Assembly: GCA_963717285.1 (NCBI GenBank)
Contig: CAVQVW010000002.1
Coordinates: 516,783-580,782, forward strand
Direction: 5' to 3'
Source of the DNA: an uncultured Thermoleophilia bacterium
GTDB lineage: Bacteria; Actinomycetota; Thermoleophilia; UBA2241
DNA length: 64,000 bases
Under the pieces are notes generated by a model. It was not told where the DNA came from and made no database searches. It worked only from the letters and a program-made list of their open reading frames with translations. Within the stretch, counting starts at the first letter, position 1, and the number at the start of each line of letters is the position of its first letter. Shown here piece by piece: positions 14,535 through 26,534 of this stretch. The position numbers were made by a program, and so were the translations under genes.

Positions 14535-14654
14535 CCGACAAGCAGCTCGACGGCCGGGCGCCTCAAGCCGCAGGTCTCCCCCATGCGCCCACCATCTGAA
14601 CGACGGGCAGGGGTGACGAACGCTGTGTAGACTGATCCTGGCTACCAGCCGCAC

Positions 14655-14695
14655 GAAGAGAGGGACGCCCGACGCGTGTCGGCGGCCCTCTCTTC
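14655..14695. terminator. bidirectional GC-rich hairpin between convergent recR and lipoprotein genes
   Basis: GAAGAGAGGG-ACG-CCCGAC-GCGTG-TCGG-CGG-CCCTCTCTTC. Outer arms are 10 bp. Shares the AGAGAGGG/CCCTCTCT arms with the acs terminator. Confidence 0.45.
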
Positions 14696-14753
14696 TCCGT
14701 ACGTCCGGGGTGGCGGATGACCTCCGGCTCCGCAGGCCGCTTCCCGCGACGTT

Positions 14754-15986
14754 CTACCTCACGGCGTAGACACGGATGATGGTGACCCGGTCGCTCTGTT
14801 TCTCCGCCATGAGGGTGCGATCGAGACAGGCGATGTAGGTTCGCATGAGTGCTGGCGTGCCGACCGTCCCGGACCACCAGTCACCCTGGTCGGGGTCGCC
14901 ACTCTCGAGCACGAAGCTCACCATGTCGCTGAGGCGCAGCGCCCGCACCTCCACCGTCGTCCCCCTTCCGTCAGGTCCCTGCCGACTCGCCTGGTAGAAC
15001 AGGTAGGGGCCCACGAAGCAGGGATCGACGGCAGATCCGCCCTCCGCGAAGACGCGTCCCGAAGGGTCCCGCAGGTACAGCAGAGGATACGTGGCCTCCT
15101 CGGCGGGGAACGGCGCCCACGCGAGCCAGCCGTCGCGCCACGCCGGCCAGTGCGCCAGCGAGTGTTCGCTCGCCACGTCGAAGCCCGTCGCCCGCTGCCT
15201 GCGTTCGAGGTCGAGCACCGCAAGGCGCGTCCTCGATGCCTTCTGGCGACGGATCTCTCCGACGATCGCGCGGTCCTCCATGATGTTGACCGTGTTCAGG
15301 AGGCCTCCCGAGCGCAAGAGGATTCGCTGCCGGTCGGAGGCGAGATCGCGCATCATGAGCCGGGAACTGCCGACGGACCCAGAGCTCGTCCACGCAGTCG
15401 CTATCCAGACGAGGCGCGACCCGCGGAGATCGAACATCGGGCGCGCCGCCTCGGTGGTGACAGCGGATGCGATGAGCACGGGCTGACCGATCTTCAGAGA
15501 GGGTTCGCGCAGCGGGGCCGCGTAGAGCTTCCAGTCGACAGCCTCGACGAGGTCGTCGCCGGGACCGACCTCCTCCCACGCCAGCCACGAATCCGAGAGA
15601 TGGACGGTGCCGATCCAGAATCCGGCGTCGGCGTTGGCAGCTCGAGCGAGGACTTGCCGGCTCCTGCCGCTGGCGACGTCCATCAACCAGAGCTGCTCAT
15701 GCTCGCCGGCGTTCCTCATGAGAGCTGCTGTGCGGTCGGTGAGATCGGCAACGCGCCACGATCCAGACCGCCGATACTCCCGGTAGGGAAGCGAGAGGCG
15801 CTGAGAGGACCGGTGCACTACCTCCGCCGCTCCGACCTCGACCTTCGTCCACGCCGTCGCCGCGGCAGGATCCGACGGGACTCCCAAGCGAGACGAAGAT
15901 GGCGACGAATAGGGTGTCGATCGGCCGTCGCAACTCGATATTGAGCCGACCAGGACCAGCAGAGGCAAGAGCACGGCCCAAGCCAT
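14754..15986 (-). CDS. putative lipoprotein (unknown function)
   Basis: N-terminus MAWAVLLPLLVLVGSISSC has a signal peptide and a lipobox-like ISS|C. The remainder is a balanced-composition domain rich in W/G/D, possibly a beta-propeller. Start chosen at the internal Met of the track ORF. Confidence 0.5.
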   Translation of the reverse strand: MAWAVLLPLLVLVGSISSCDGRSTPYSSPSSSRLGVPSDPAAATAWTKVEVGAAEVVHRSSQRLSLPYREYRRSGSWRVADLTDRTAALMRNAGEHEQLWLMDVASGRSRQVLARAANADAGFWIGTVHLSDSWLAWEEVGPGDDLVEAVDWKLYAAPLREPSLKIGQPVLIASAVTTEAARPMFDLRGSRLVWIATAWTSSGSVGSSRLMMRDLASDRQRILLRSGGLLNTVNIMEDRAIVGEIRRQKASRTRLAVLDLERRQRATGFDVASEHSLAHWPAWRDGWLAWAPFPAEEATYPLLYLRDPSGRVFAEGGSAVDPCFVGPYLFYQASRQGPDGRGTTVEVRALRLSDMVSFVLESGDPDQGDWWSGTVGTPALMRTYIACLDRTLMAEKQSDRVTIIRVYAVR

Positions 15987-16047
15987 CCCCCATCGCCGAC
16001 GGTATGGCCACACTGGCCTCATGCCTCAGCCTCCTCCGCGCAAGGGT

Positions 16048-16824
16048 TCAGTACACGACCTGCTGGCTTGCGCTGGCCACGACGCCGGCGGCCACGACCG
16101 ACTTGGCGTAGGTCTTGCGGCCGTACGTGGAGCCGCCCGCCCCGCCATAGCCGAGGGGTGGCGCCGCGTTCTCCGGGTAGGGGTCATCGATGTAGATCCT
16201 GCCGTACCGCCAGTCGAAGCCACGGCCGCTGACGATGTGGCCGAGGTGATTGATCCGGTAGTTGGGCCACTTGCTCGCGTAGATCCTCAGGCCATAGGCA
16301 ACAGGCCGACCCTTCACCTTGATCCCGTACTCCGTGCGGCTGTAGACGGACGTCCCCGTGTTGCCGCTCGAGTACGTGTAGCCCTTGCCGGTCTTGACCT
16401 TCAGGCCCATCGCCATGACCCACATGCTGCCGCCGTACGCGTCTGTCCACAGCCGGGCGCCGTTGTACCGGTACGCTGCCCACCTGTTCTGGGACCAGTG
16501 CCGGCCCGCGCCGCGCAGGTAGTGGTCGATGATGGTCGTCGTGGCCGGAACGCAGTAGTCGTTGCGAAGCTGCTTATGACTGGTCGTGCCCAGAACGCGG
16601 TGAGGAGCGTCGACGGCCATCGCGAGGCGCCTCGTGCCGCTCTGGCCGGCGCGCCACTTCTCGTACGCGGCCTCTCTCTTCGCGAAGTATGACTTTGCCG
16701 AAGCCGGGATCTGATCGACGACGGCTGGGTCGTCGATCACTGCCGTGGCCGACGCGGCCGCCGGCAGGCAGAGCAGGATCAGCGCGCCTGCCAACATGGG
16801 GGGTAGAACTCGACGCGTCTTCAC
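16048..16824 (-). CDS. secreted protein with Cys/His motifs (possible papain-fold peptidase-like)
   Basis: GAAGGAG followed 5 nt later by a GTG start at 16824. Signal peptide VKTRRVLPPMLAGALILLCLPAAASATA. Candidate catalytic Cys (NDYCVPATT) and His (NHLGHIVSG). Gly/Tyr-rich C-terminus. Confidence 0.4.
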   Translation of the reverse strand: MKTRRVLPPMLAGALILLCLPAAASATAVIDDPAVVDQIPASAKSYFAKREAAYEKWRAGQSGTRRLAMAVDAPHRVLGTTSHKQLRNDYCVPATTTIIDHYLRGAGRHWSQNRWAAYRYNGARLWTDAYGGSMWVMAMGLKVKTGKGYTYSSGNTGTSVYSRTEYGIKVKGRPVAYGLRIYASKWPNYRINHLGHIVSGRGFDWRYGRIYIDDPYPENAAPPLGYGGAGGSTYGRKTYAKSVVAAGVVASASQQVVY

Positions 16825-17199
16825 GGGCGCTCCTTCACTCGAATGGACGGGGATCACCGTGTGCTCGCCGCCCGTTCTGATGGCCCGCCTCCTCAGCGCC
16901 GCCGGGGTGCACGGCAACGACACCCGGTACGTGCGCAGGGAGGACGCCGTGCAGGTCACGCCTCGGCCTCGCGCCGTCACGATACCCGGAGCCGACCTCA
17001 CACGGTCAAGACCCCCCAGGGGTCACGATCCGCCGACAGGCTCGGGGCTCCCGGAACGTCAACCGACGGGCCACCGCTCTGCCGGTAGGGACAGAGATCG
17101 CCCGAGGGGTCCACGCCCGACCGTTGGGAGCATCCGTGGCAGCAGGGCCCGGCGGCGACCGCCCACCGCTCACGACCCTGGTCGTCCCGCCGCGCCGGC

Positions 17200-18195
17200 T
17201 CAGCCTGCCGCCAGCTCGCCCCGGTCGTTCATGGCCTCGATGCCGGCATGCGCGCCGGCACCCTCGAAGAGCGTGACGGCGCGCCAGCCCCTCAGCTCGC
17301 GAAGACGCACCCACAGCTCTCCGCCGATCGACTCGACGGCGCGCCCGCCCATGGCGCCAAGGACCGGCGCCTGCAGGACGCCGGCGGCGGCGCCGGAGCC
17401 GCGGATCTCGAGCTCCTTCGATCGGTCGCGAAGCACGACCCGGAAGGAGCCTGCCGTGCCCGTTTCGATCACTGCCAGCCAGGCGCCCGTGTAGGTCGCG
17501 AACCGATGCAGCCGCCCGTCGATCAGCATGCCCGCGATATGGCCCACGAAGCTTCCCGATACCCAGGGGATCCTGGCCACCGAGCAGGTGACTGACACGC
17601 CGGCCCGGGAGAAGTGGTTGGACTGGGCCCACACCCAGGAGCTGGGGAAGCTGCGTCCCCAGTCCTTCTCGATGTAGCCGCGTCCGCCGTGGAAATCGAT
17701 GTCCTCCCCATCGATGCTGAGCCTGCCGTCCAGGGAATGCTCCATGGAGAGCACGCCGTGATAGCACTCCATGCGCGGAACGTAGCGGTACCAGCCCATG
17801 ATGCCGGGGGAGCGCGCCGTCACCGGCCACGGGGCCCACGGTCCGAATCCCACGTGGCCGGACACGGTGCCGGCGTCGTCCCCCAAAGCGAGGCTCATCC
17901 CCTTCTCGGTAAACGTGCTGCCGCCGACGGTGACGGCGAACGGCGGCCGCAGTGCGAAACGGAAGGCGGCGGCCGGATACGAGAAGAAACGCGTACGACC
18001 TCCCTCATGGATGAGCTGGACGAACGACTGAGAGACACGCCCGTCCTCAGAGAACGACACGCCGGGGATGACGGCGACAGCGCGGCGCGACTCCCCGTCC
18101 ACGGCCTTGAAGTACCACCCCTCGAAGTAGCGGCGCTGCGTATCGCCGCCTTGATACAGGGCCGGGTTCCGCAGTCTTGTCAACGCGTCGAGCAT
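17200..18195 (-). CDS. tocopherol cyclase-family (PF14249-like) protein
   Basis: N-terminal RRYFEGWYFK motif characteristic of the tocopherol cyclase family, as recalled. GGAAGGA RBS 6 nt before ATG(MLDALTRL). The upstream 105 codons of the track ORF are Arg/Cys-rich and probably untranslated. Confidence 0.5.
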   Translation of the reverse strand: MLDALTRLRNPALYQGGDTQRRYFEGWYFKAVDGESRRAVAVIPGVSFSEDGRVSQSFVQLIHEGGRTRFFSYPAAAFRFALRPPFAVTVGGSTFTEKGMSLALGDDAGTVSGHVGFGPWAPWPVTARSPGIMGWYRYVPRMECYHGVLSMEHSLDGRLSIDGEDIDFHGGRGYIEKDWGRSFPSSWVWAQSNHFSRAGVSVTCSVARIPWVSGSFVGHIAGMLIDGRLHRFATYTGAWLAVIETGTAGSFRVVLRDRSKELEIRGSGAAAGVLQAPVLGAMGGRAVESIGGELWVRLRELRGWRAVTLFEGAGAHAGIEAMNDRGELAAG

Positions 18196-18446
18196 GGCGT
18201 CCTTCCCGAGTCGTGGAGTCGAGTCCTGGCTCCGTATTCCCACGGCACACATCGGCCTACCCCCGGGTCCGTGTGGGCCTCGAGAAGGAGCACCAGACGA
18301 CGCCCCGCAGGTGGACCCCCACCATAGCTGCTTGATACCGTGAACGGACCTACGCCCGTGGGAGGTCCGTGGACACCCGAGCAAGCGACGAGCCGGACGA
18401 TCAAGCACTCCCAACCGGCGATCCGACACCCGCCAGCAGCAACGAG

Positions 18447-21107
18447 ATGAAGCTCCAGGAAGCCGCTCAGTCCGCAGACACGGCGGGCGCGTGGAGCAAC
18501 GCCCCACCGCCACCCTCGCCCGGCCTCTCGTCCGACGAGGCGGCGCGCCGCCGGGCCGCCGGGGAAGGCAACGACGCGCAGATCCGTACAGGGCGCACGT
18601 ACGGGCAGATCGTCCGCGAGAACGTCTTCAACTTCATCAACAACCTCTTCTACGTCATGGGCACGCTGCTGCTCATCCTGGGGAAGCCCCTGGACGCCTT
18701 CGTCGTCGTCTCGGTGATCACAGCGAACACCGTGATCAGCCTGGTGCAGGAGATCCGCGCCAAGCGCGTCATGGACCGGATCGCCATCCTCATGAGGCCC
18801 AAGGCGACCGTGCTGCGTGACGGGGAACTCCACGACCTCGATCCGTCTCTGGTCGTCCGCGGCGACATCCTCTACCTTCACCCCGGCGATCAGGTGGTCG
18901 TCGACGGGCCCATACTGGGCGTCGCGCGCATGGAGGTGGACGAGTCCCTGCTCACAGGCGAGTCTGACCTCGTGCTCAAACATCCCGGCGACCCGCTGCT
19001 CTCGGGCAGCTTCTGCGTGACGGGCGGAGGCTACTACGAGGCCGAGCAGGTCGGGCTGTCCAGCTTCGCCAACAAGCTCATGGCGAAGGCCACGACGTTC
19101 AAGCGCGAGCTCACCCCGCTGCAGTTGCAGATCACGAGGATCATCCGCGTTTTGCTGCTCGTCGTCGTCGTCTTCGAGATCCTCGTGTGGGTGCGCAACA
19201 TCGCCGGCGGGATCCCCTTCGTCGAGAGCGTGAGGATGAGCACCGTCATCCTGGCGCTCATCCCCAATGGTCTCGTCCTCTCGATCGCGCTCACCTACGC
19301 ACTGGGGGCCGTCCGTCTGCTCGGGCAGAACGTTCTCGTACAGCGGTTCAACGCCATCGAGTCTCTGAGCAACGTCGACGTCCTCTGCACCGACAAGACC
19401 GGCACCCTCACATCTGGTGTGATCACCATGGAGGACGTGCTGGTCCTGGGAGACGCCGACCAGACGAGTGTCGAGCGTGCTCTCGGCGCCTTCGGCGCCA
19501 GCACGAGCGATGCCAACAAGACCATCGAGGCGATCCGCCACGCCCTGCCGACGGCCCGTTCGCCGGTGCTCCACGAGGCTCTCTTCAGTTCCGCGCGCAA
19601 GTGGAGCGGTCTCGCCTTCGCGGGCAACGGCGACGGCGCTCCGCGCGGCAGCTTCGTCTTCGGAGCGCCGGAGATGGTGGCGCCGGCGCTCACCGCCGGA
19701 CCGGGCGAGTGGCAGACTCAGGCGGATGCCTGGGCGGCGCAGGGCCTGCGGGTGCTCATCCTTGCGGGTGTGCCGGAGCCGACGCCCTTCGCCGAAGGTG
19801 AGGACCCTCCGGAGCTGCCCGAGGGGCTCGCAGCTCTCGCCCTCATCAGCTTCAGCGACGAGCTGCGACCCGGCGTCCGCACGACACTGGAGGAGTTCTC
19901 CGCGGCGGGGATCGAGGTCAAGATCATCTCCGGGGACAACCCCAAGACCGTCAGCGCCCTGGCGACACAGGCCGGCGTCAAGACCAAGGAACGCGACCCC
20001 GACGCCGCGAGATCGTCGGATGGCGACGACCCTGCGGAGACGGTCGTCGCCATCTCCGGCGCCGACCTCGAGGGCCTCTCCTCCGAGGACGTGGCCGACG
20101 CCGCCGATAGGGCCACCATCTTCGGCCGGGTGACGCCCGAGCAGAAGGAGGACCTGGTCCAGGGGCTGCGCAGTCGCGGCCGCTACGTGGCGATGATCGG
20201 CGACGGTGTCAACGACGTAATCGCCCTCAAGCAGGCCAACGTCGCCGTCGGCATGCAGGGCGGCAGCCAGGCGGCGCGCGGTGTCTCCGACCTCGTACTG
20301 CTCAACGACACCTTCGCACCCCTGCCCTTCGCCTTCCGCGAAGGACAACGCATCATCAACGGGATGAACGACATCCTGCACATCTTCATGGTCCGCATCC
20401 TCTACAAGACGACGATCATCGCGGCGATCGCCGCCCTGGGCGGCTTCCCGTTCGCGCCCCGGCAGGCCGCCCTCTTCACGTTCGTGAATGTCGGCGTGCC
20501 GGCGGTCGCCTTCGCCACATGGGCCAAGCCCGGACCCACGCCCAAGGTCGGGCTGTTCAAGTTGCTGGCTCGCTTCGTCTTGCCCACCGCGACCCTGTTG
20601 CTGCTCTCGTCGATCGCCGTCTACCAGATCTTCGCGGTCCCTGCCACGAGCACCTATCTGACGGCTCACCCGGGAGCCAGCGCCACCGAGTTGCTCGAGA
20701 ACGCCCTTCCGGCGGCGCAGACGGCCCTCACGCTGTACGCGTGCTTCTGCGGCATCATCCTGGTCCTGTTCGCGGTGCCGCCGACGAAGTGGTTCGCCGG
20801 AGGAGCCAAGCTGCGGGGCGACTGGCGCATGGTCGGCGTCGTCGCGGCGCTCTTCGCCTGGATGGTCGGCGTCCTCGCCATCCCCCAAGGACGTCTCCTC
20901 TTCGAACTCGAGGAGCTGCCGGTGTGGCAGTACTTCGCGCTCTTTGGAGCCTCCCTCGTCTGGATGCTCCTCTGCCACCTCGTATGGCGAAGTCGCATCC
21001 TCGACCGCTGGCTCGGCACCGTCGATGACCCCGGCAACCTGATCGCCAAGGAAGAGGCTGCGGAAGCGCTCGCAAGAGTCAGCGAGGAGAAGGCCGACGC
21101 CGCCTGA
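18447..21107 (+). CDS. cation-transporting P-type ATPase (type II, CtpF/PacL-like)
   Basis: TGESDLV, DKTGTLT, KIISGDN and GDGVNDVIALKQANVAVGM motifs, with about 10 TM helices. Start taken at MKLQEAAQ. Confidence 0.85.
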   Translation: MKLQEAAQSADTAGAWSNAPPPPSPGLSSDEAARRRAAGEGNDAQIRTGRTYGQIVRENVFNFINNLFYVMGTLLLILGKPLDAFVVVSVITANTVISLVQEIRAKRVMDRIAILMRPKATVLRDGELHDLDPSLVVRGDILYLHPGDQVVVDGPILGVARMEVDESLLTGESDLVLKHPGDPLLSGSFCVTGGGYYEAEQVGLSSFANKLMAKATTFKRELTPLQLQITRIIRVLLLVVVVFEILVWVRNIAGGIPFVESVRMSTVILALIPNGLVLSIALTYALGAVRLLGQNVLVQRFNAIESLSNVDVLCTDKTGTLTSGVITMEDVLVLGDADQTSVERALGAFGASTSDANKTIEAIRHALPTARSPVLHEALFSSARKWSGLAFAGNGDGAPRGSFVFGAPEMVAPALTAGPGEWQTQADAWAAQGLRVLILAGVPEPTPFAEGEDPPELPEGLAALALISFSDELRPGVRTTLEEFSAAGIEVKIISGDNPKTVSALATQAGVKTKERDPDAARSSDGDDPAETVVAISGADLEGLSSEDVADAADRATIFGRVTPEQKEDLVQGLRSRGRYVAMIGDGVNDVIALKQANVAVGMQGGSQAARGVSDLVLLNDTFAPLPFAFREGQRIINGMNDILHIFMVRILYKTTIIAAIAALGGFPFAPRQAALFTFVNVGVPAVAFATWAKPGPTPKVGLFKLLARFVLPTATLLLLSSIAVYQIFAVPATSTYLTAHPGASATELLENALPAAQTALTLYACFCGIILVLFAVPPTKWFAGGAKLRGDWRMVGVVAALFAWMVGVLAIPQGRLLFELEELPVWQYFALFGASLVWMLLCHLVWRSRILDRWLGTVDDPGNLIAKEEAAEALARVSEEKADAA

Positions 21108-21135
21108 CGTCGCTGGGTCGGCAGGACCGAGGTGC

Positions 21136-21810
21136 TCAGGCGACTCCGGCCGACGGACACAGGCCAGCAAGGGGACACGCTTCGCAGCGAGGCCGGCGCG
21201 CGCGGCAGACGCGGCGTCCGTGCCGCACGAGACCCACGTGCGCCGCGTACATCTGCCCGGGATCGTGCCCGACCATCTCCGTCAGCAGCGGATGAGCCTG
21301 CTCCGCAGTCGTCGTCCTCGGGATGAGCGAGAGCCGGCGCGCGACCCTGTGCACGTGCGTATCGACCGGCATCACAGGGCGGCCCAGCGAGAACAGAAGG
21401 ACGCAGGCCGCGGTCTTCGGCCCGACCCCCGGCAGACCCGTCAGGAAGCGAGCCGCCTCGTCGTCGCTCAGCGCGTCGAGCGCGCCCAGTTCCGGCGCTC
21501 CGGCGCCCGGGCTCAGCGCCTCGAGGATCCGTTTGATGCGGGGCGCCTTCGTGTGCGCCAGTCCCCCGAGGGCGATCGCCTCCTCGATCTGCGCGACGTC
21601 GGCGTCGCGCGCCAGATCCCAGCGGGGAAAGCGCGCCTTGAGCGCCGCGAAGGAGCGCTCCGTGTTCACATCGGCGGTGTTCTGCGAGAGCACGGTGAAC
21701 ACCAGCTCGTCCAGGGGAGGATAGCGCGCTGCGAGCACTGGACGACCGTACTCGCCGTCGAGGATCTCGACGACCCGCTGAAAAGCCCCCCCCTCAGACT
21801 CCCTGGCCAT
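21136..21810 (-). CDS. nth: endonuclease III (HhH-GPD DNA glycosylase with [4Fe-4S])
   Basis: HhH-GPD region LTGLPGVGPKTAACVL...VDTHVHRV. C-terminal C-x6-C-x2-C-x5-C (CRARRPRCEACPLAGLC). Confidence 0.8.
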   Translation of the reverse strand: MARESEGGAFQRVVEILDGEYGRPVLAARYPPLDELVFTVLSQNTADVNTERSFAALKARFPRWDLARDADVAQIEEAIALGGLAHTKAPRIKRILEALSPGAGAPELGALDALSDDEAARFLTGLPGVGPKTAACVLLFSLGRPVMPVDTHVHRVARRLSLIPRTTTAEQAHPLLTEMVGHDPGQMYAAHVGLVRHGRRVCRARRPRCEACPLAGLCPSAGVA

Positions 21811-21891
21811 GGCGGCAGCTTACCACCGCGATTCGCCGTCCTCACGAGGGGGGATAGTACGGTCAAGCCACTGCGGAGGGGGTGAGCCACG

Positions 21892-22206
21892 ATGAAGGGT
21901 GTCCTCGTCTACGGCGCGGCAGGTCCGCTCCTGCTCCTGAGCTCGTACCCGACGGTAGATCACCCCGAACTGCTCATGAAGCTCAGGGCGAAGGGTATCG
22001 ACAAATTCATGGCTTGGGAGGTCCCCGTCGAGCGCTGCCACGACCTGTACGGGTACTCCTTCCGGGACGATGCCGCCGACCTCGAGACGCACAACGATAT
22101 CCACGTCCTCGACACCGACGGTCACCGCATCTTCCTGAACTTCTCGTTGCGCGAACTGGGCCCGGGGATCGCCTGCGAGGATGGTGCGATCTCGGCGATC
22201 GCTTGA
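21892..22206 (+). CDS. hypothetical small protein
   Basis: 104-aa ORF of balanced composition in the nth/oxoprolinase intergenic region. N-terminus MKGVLVYGAAGP. No family recognised. Confidence 0.3.
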   Translation: MKGVLVYGAAGPLLLLSSYPTVDHPELLMKLRAKGIDKFMAWEVPVERCHDLYGYSFRDDAADLETHNDIHVLDTDGHRIFLNFSLRELGPGIACEDGAISAIA

Positions 22207-22287
22207 CGCAGCGCGTGCGGACGACCCCACGACGCTTGGCGACGCTTGCCGGCGAGCGTCACGCGGGGGCATGGTAGCCTCACCGGC

Positions 22288-26012
<3,725 letters not shown>

Positions 26013-26025
<13 letters not shown>

Positions 26026-26309
26026 GCGCGGCGGCGCGCCTGTTGCCGCCGGCGCCGGCCGAGGAATGCGCCGACAGCCAGGCCGAGGAGGACACCGACG
26101 ACTACGGTGAAGACAAGCATCACCCAAAGGGCGAGGGTGAAGTGCCAGAACAGGAACGTGAACTCGACGCGGTAGGAATTCTGGAGGATGAAGACGATCA
26201 CTGCGAGGACGACCAGGGCGAGCACGACGAGCTTGATGATGCCGCCGGGAGAAGGGCCGGACCTCTCCTGAGTCGTACGCACTTGGACGGGCGGCTTCGT
26301 CGTGCTCAT
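26013..26309 (-). CDS. small two-TM membrane protein (DUF1049/LapA-like)
   Basis: 98 aa with two hydrophobic helices ([19 protein letters not shown]; [23 protein letters not shown]) and a basic C-terminus. Its 3' end overlaps the convergent oxoprolinase gene by 13 nt. Confidence 0.45.
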
Positions 26310-26420
26310 GCTGACCCCCTGGAAGTAGATGCCATCTGATTCGCCGCGCGGCCCCGCTCACCTTGCTGCTGCACGAGCTCCACGGCCTGCAAGAGAGTTT
26401 CCGGACCGAGTCACCCCTGA

Positions 26421-26451
26421 TTGGACTCGGGCGAGGGCGGACCGATATAAT
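26421..26451 (+). promoter_or_regulatory. candidate sigma70-type promoter of the hdr/met cluster
   Basis: TTGGAC (26421-26426), 19-nt spacer, TATAAT (26446-26451), about 85 nt upstream of the GAAGGAG RBS and the ATG at 26535. Confidence 0.3.
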
Positions 26452-26534
26452 CCGCGTGCACAGATGCATCGCAGCGTCTCGCGATCGCCCACCGTTCATG
26501 GGCCTGCTGCTGCGCAGTCTGCTGAAGGAGTGGT

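Noticed and set aside
18180-21170. 996-aa ORF antisense to the P-type ATPase, and similar long antisense or alternate-frame ORFs (1023..3152, 3274..5886, 24514..26610, 38057..39439, 41211..42467, 47312..48208, 52728..53051 etc.)
   Set aside because: They are extremely Arg/Ala/Gly-rich with no motifs, and they mirror well-supported genes on the other strand. This is the typical stop-codon-poor artefact of about 70% GC DNA.
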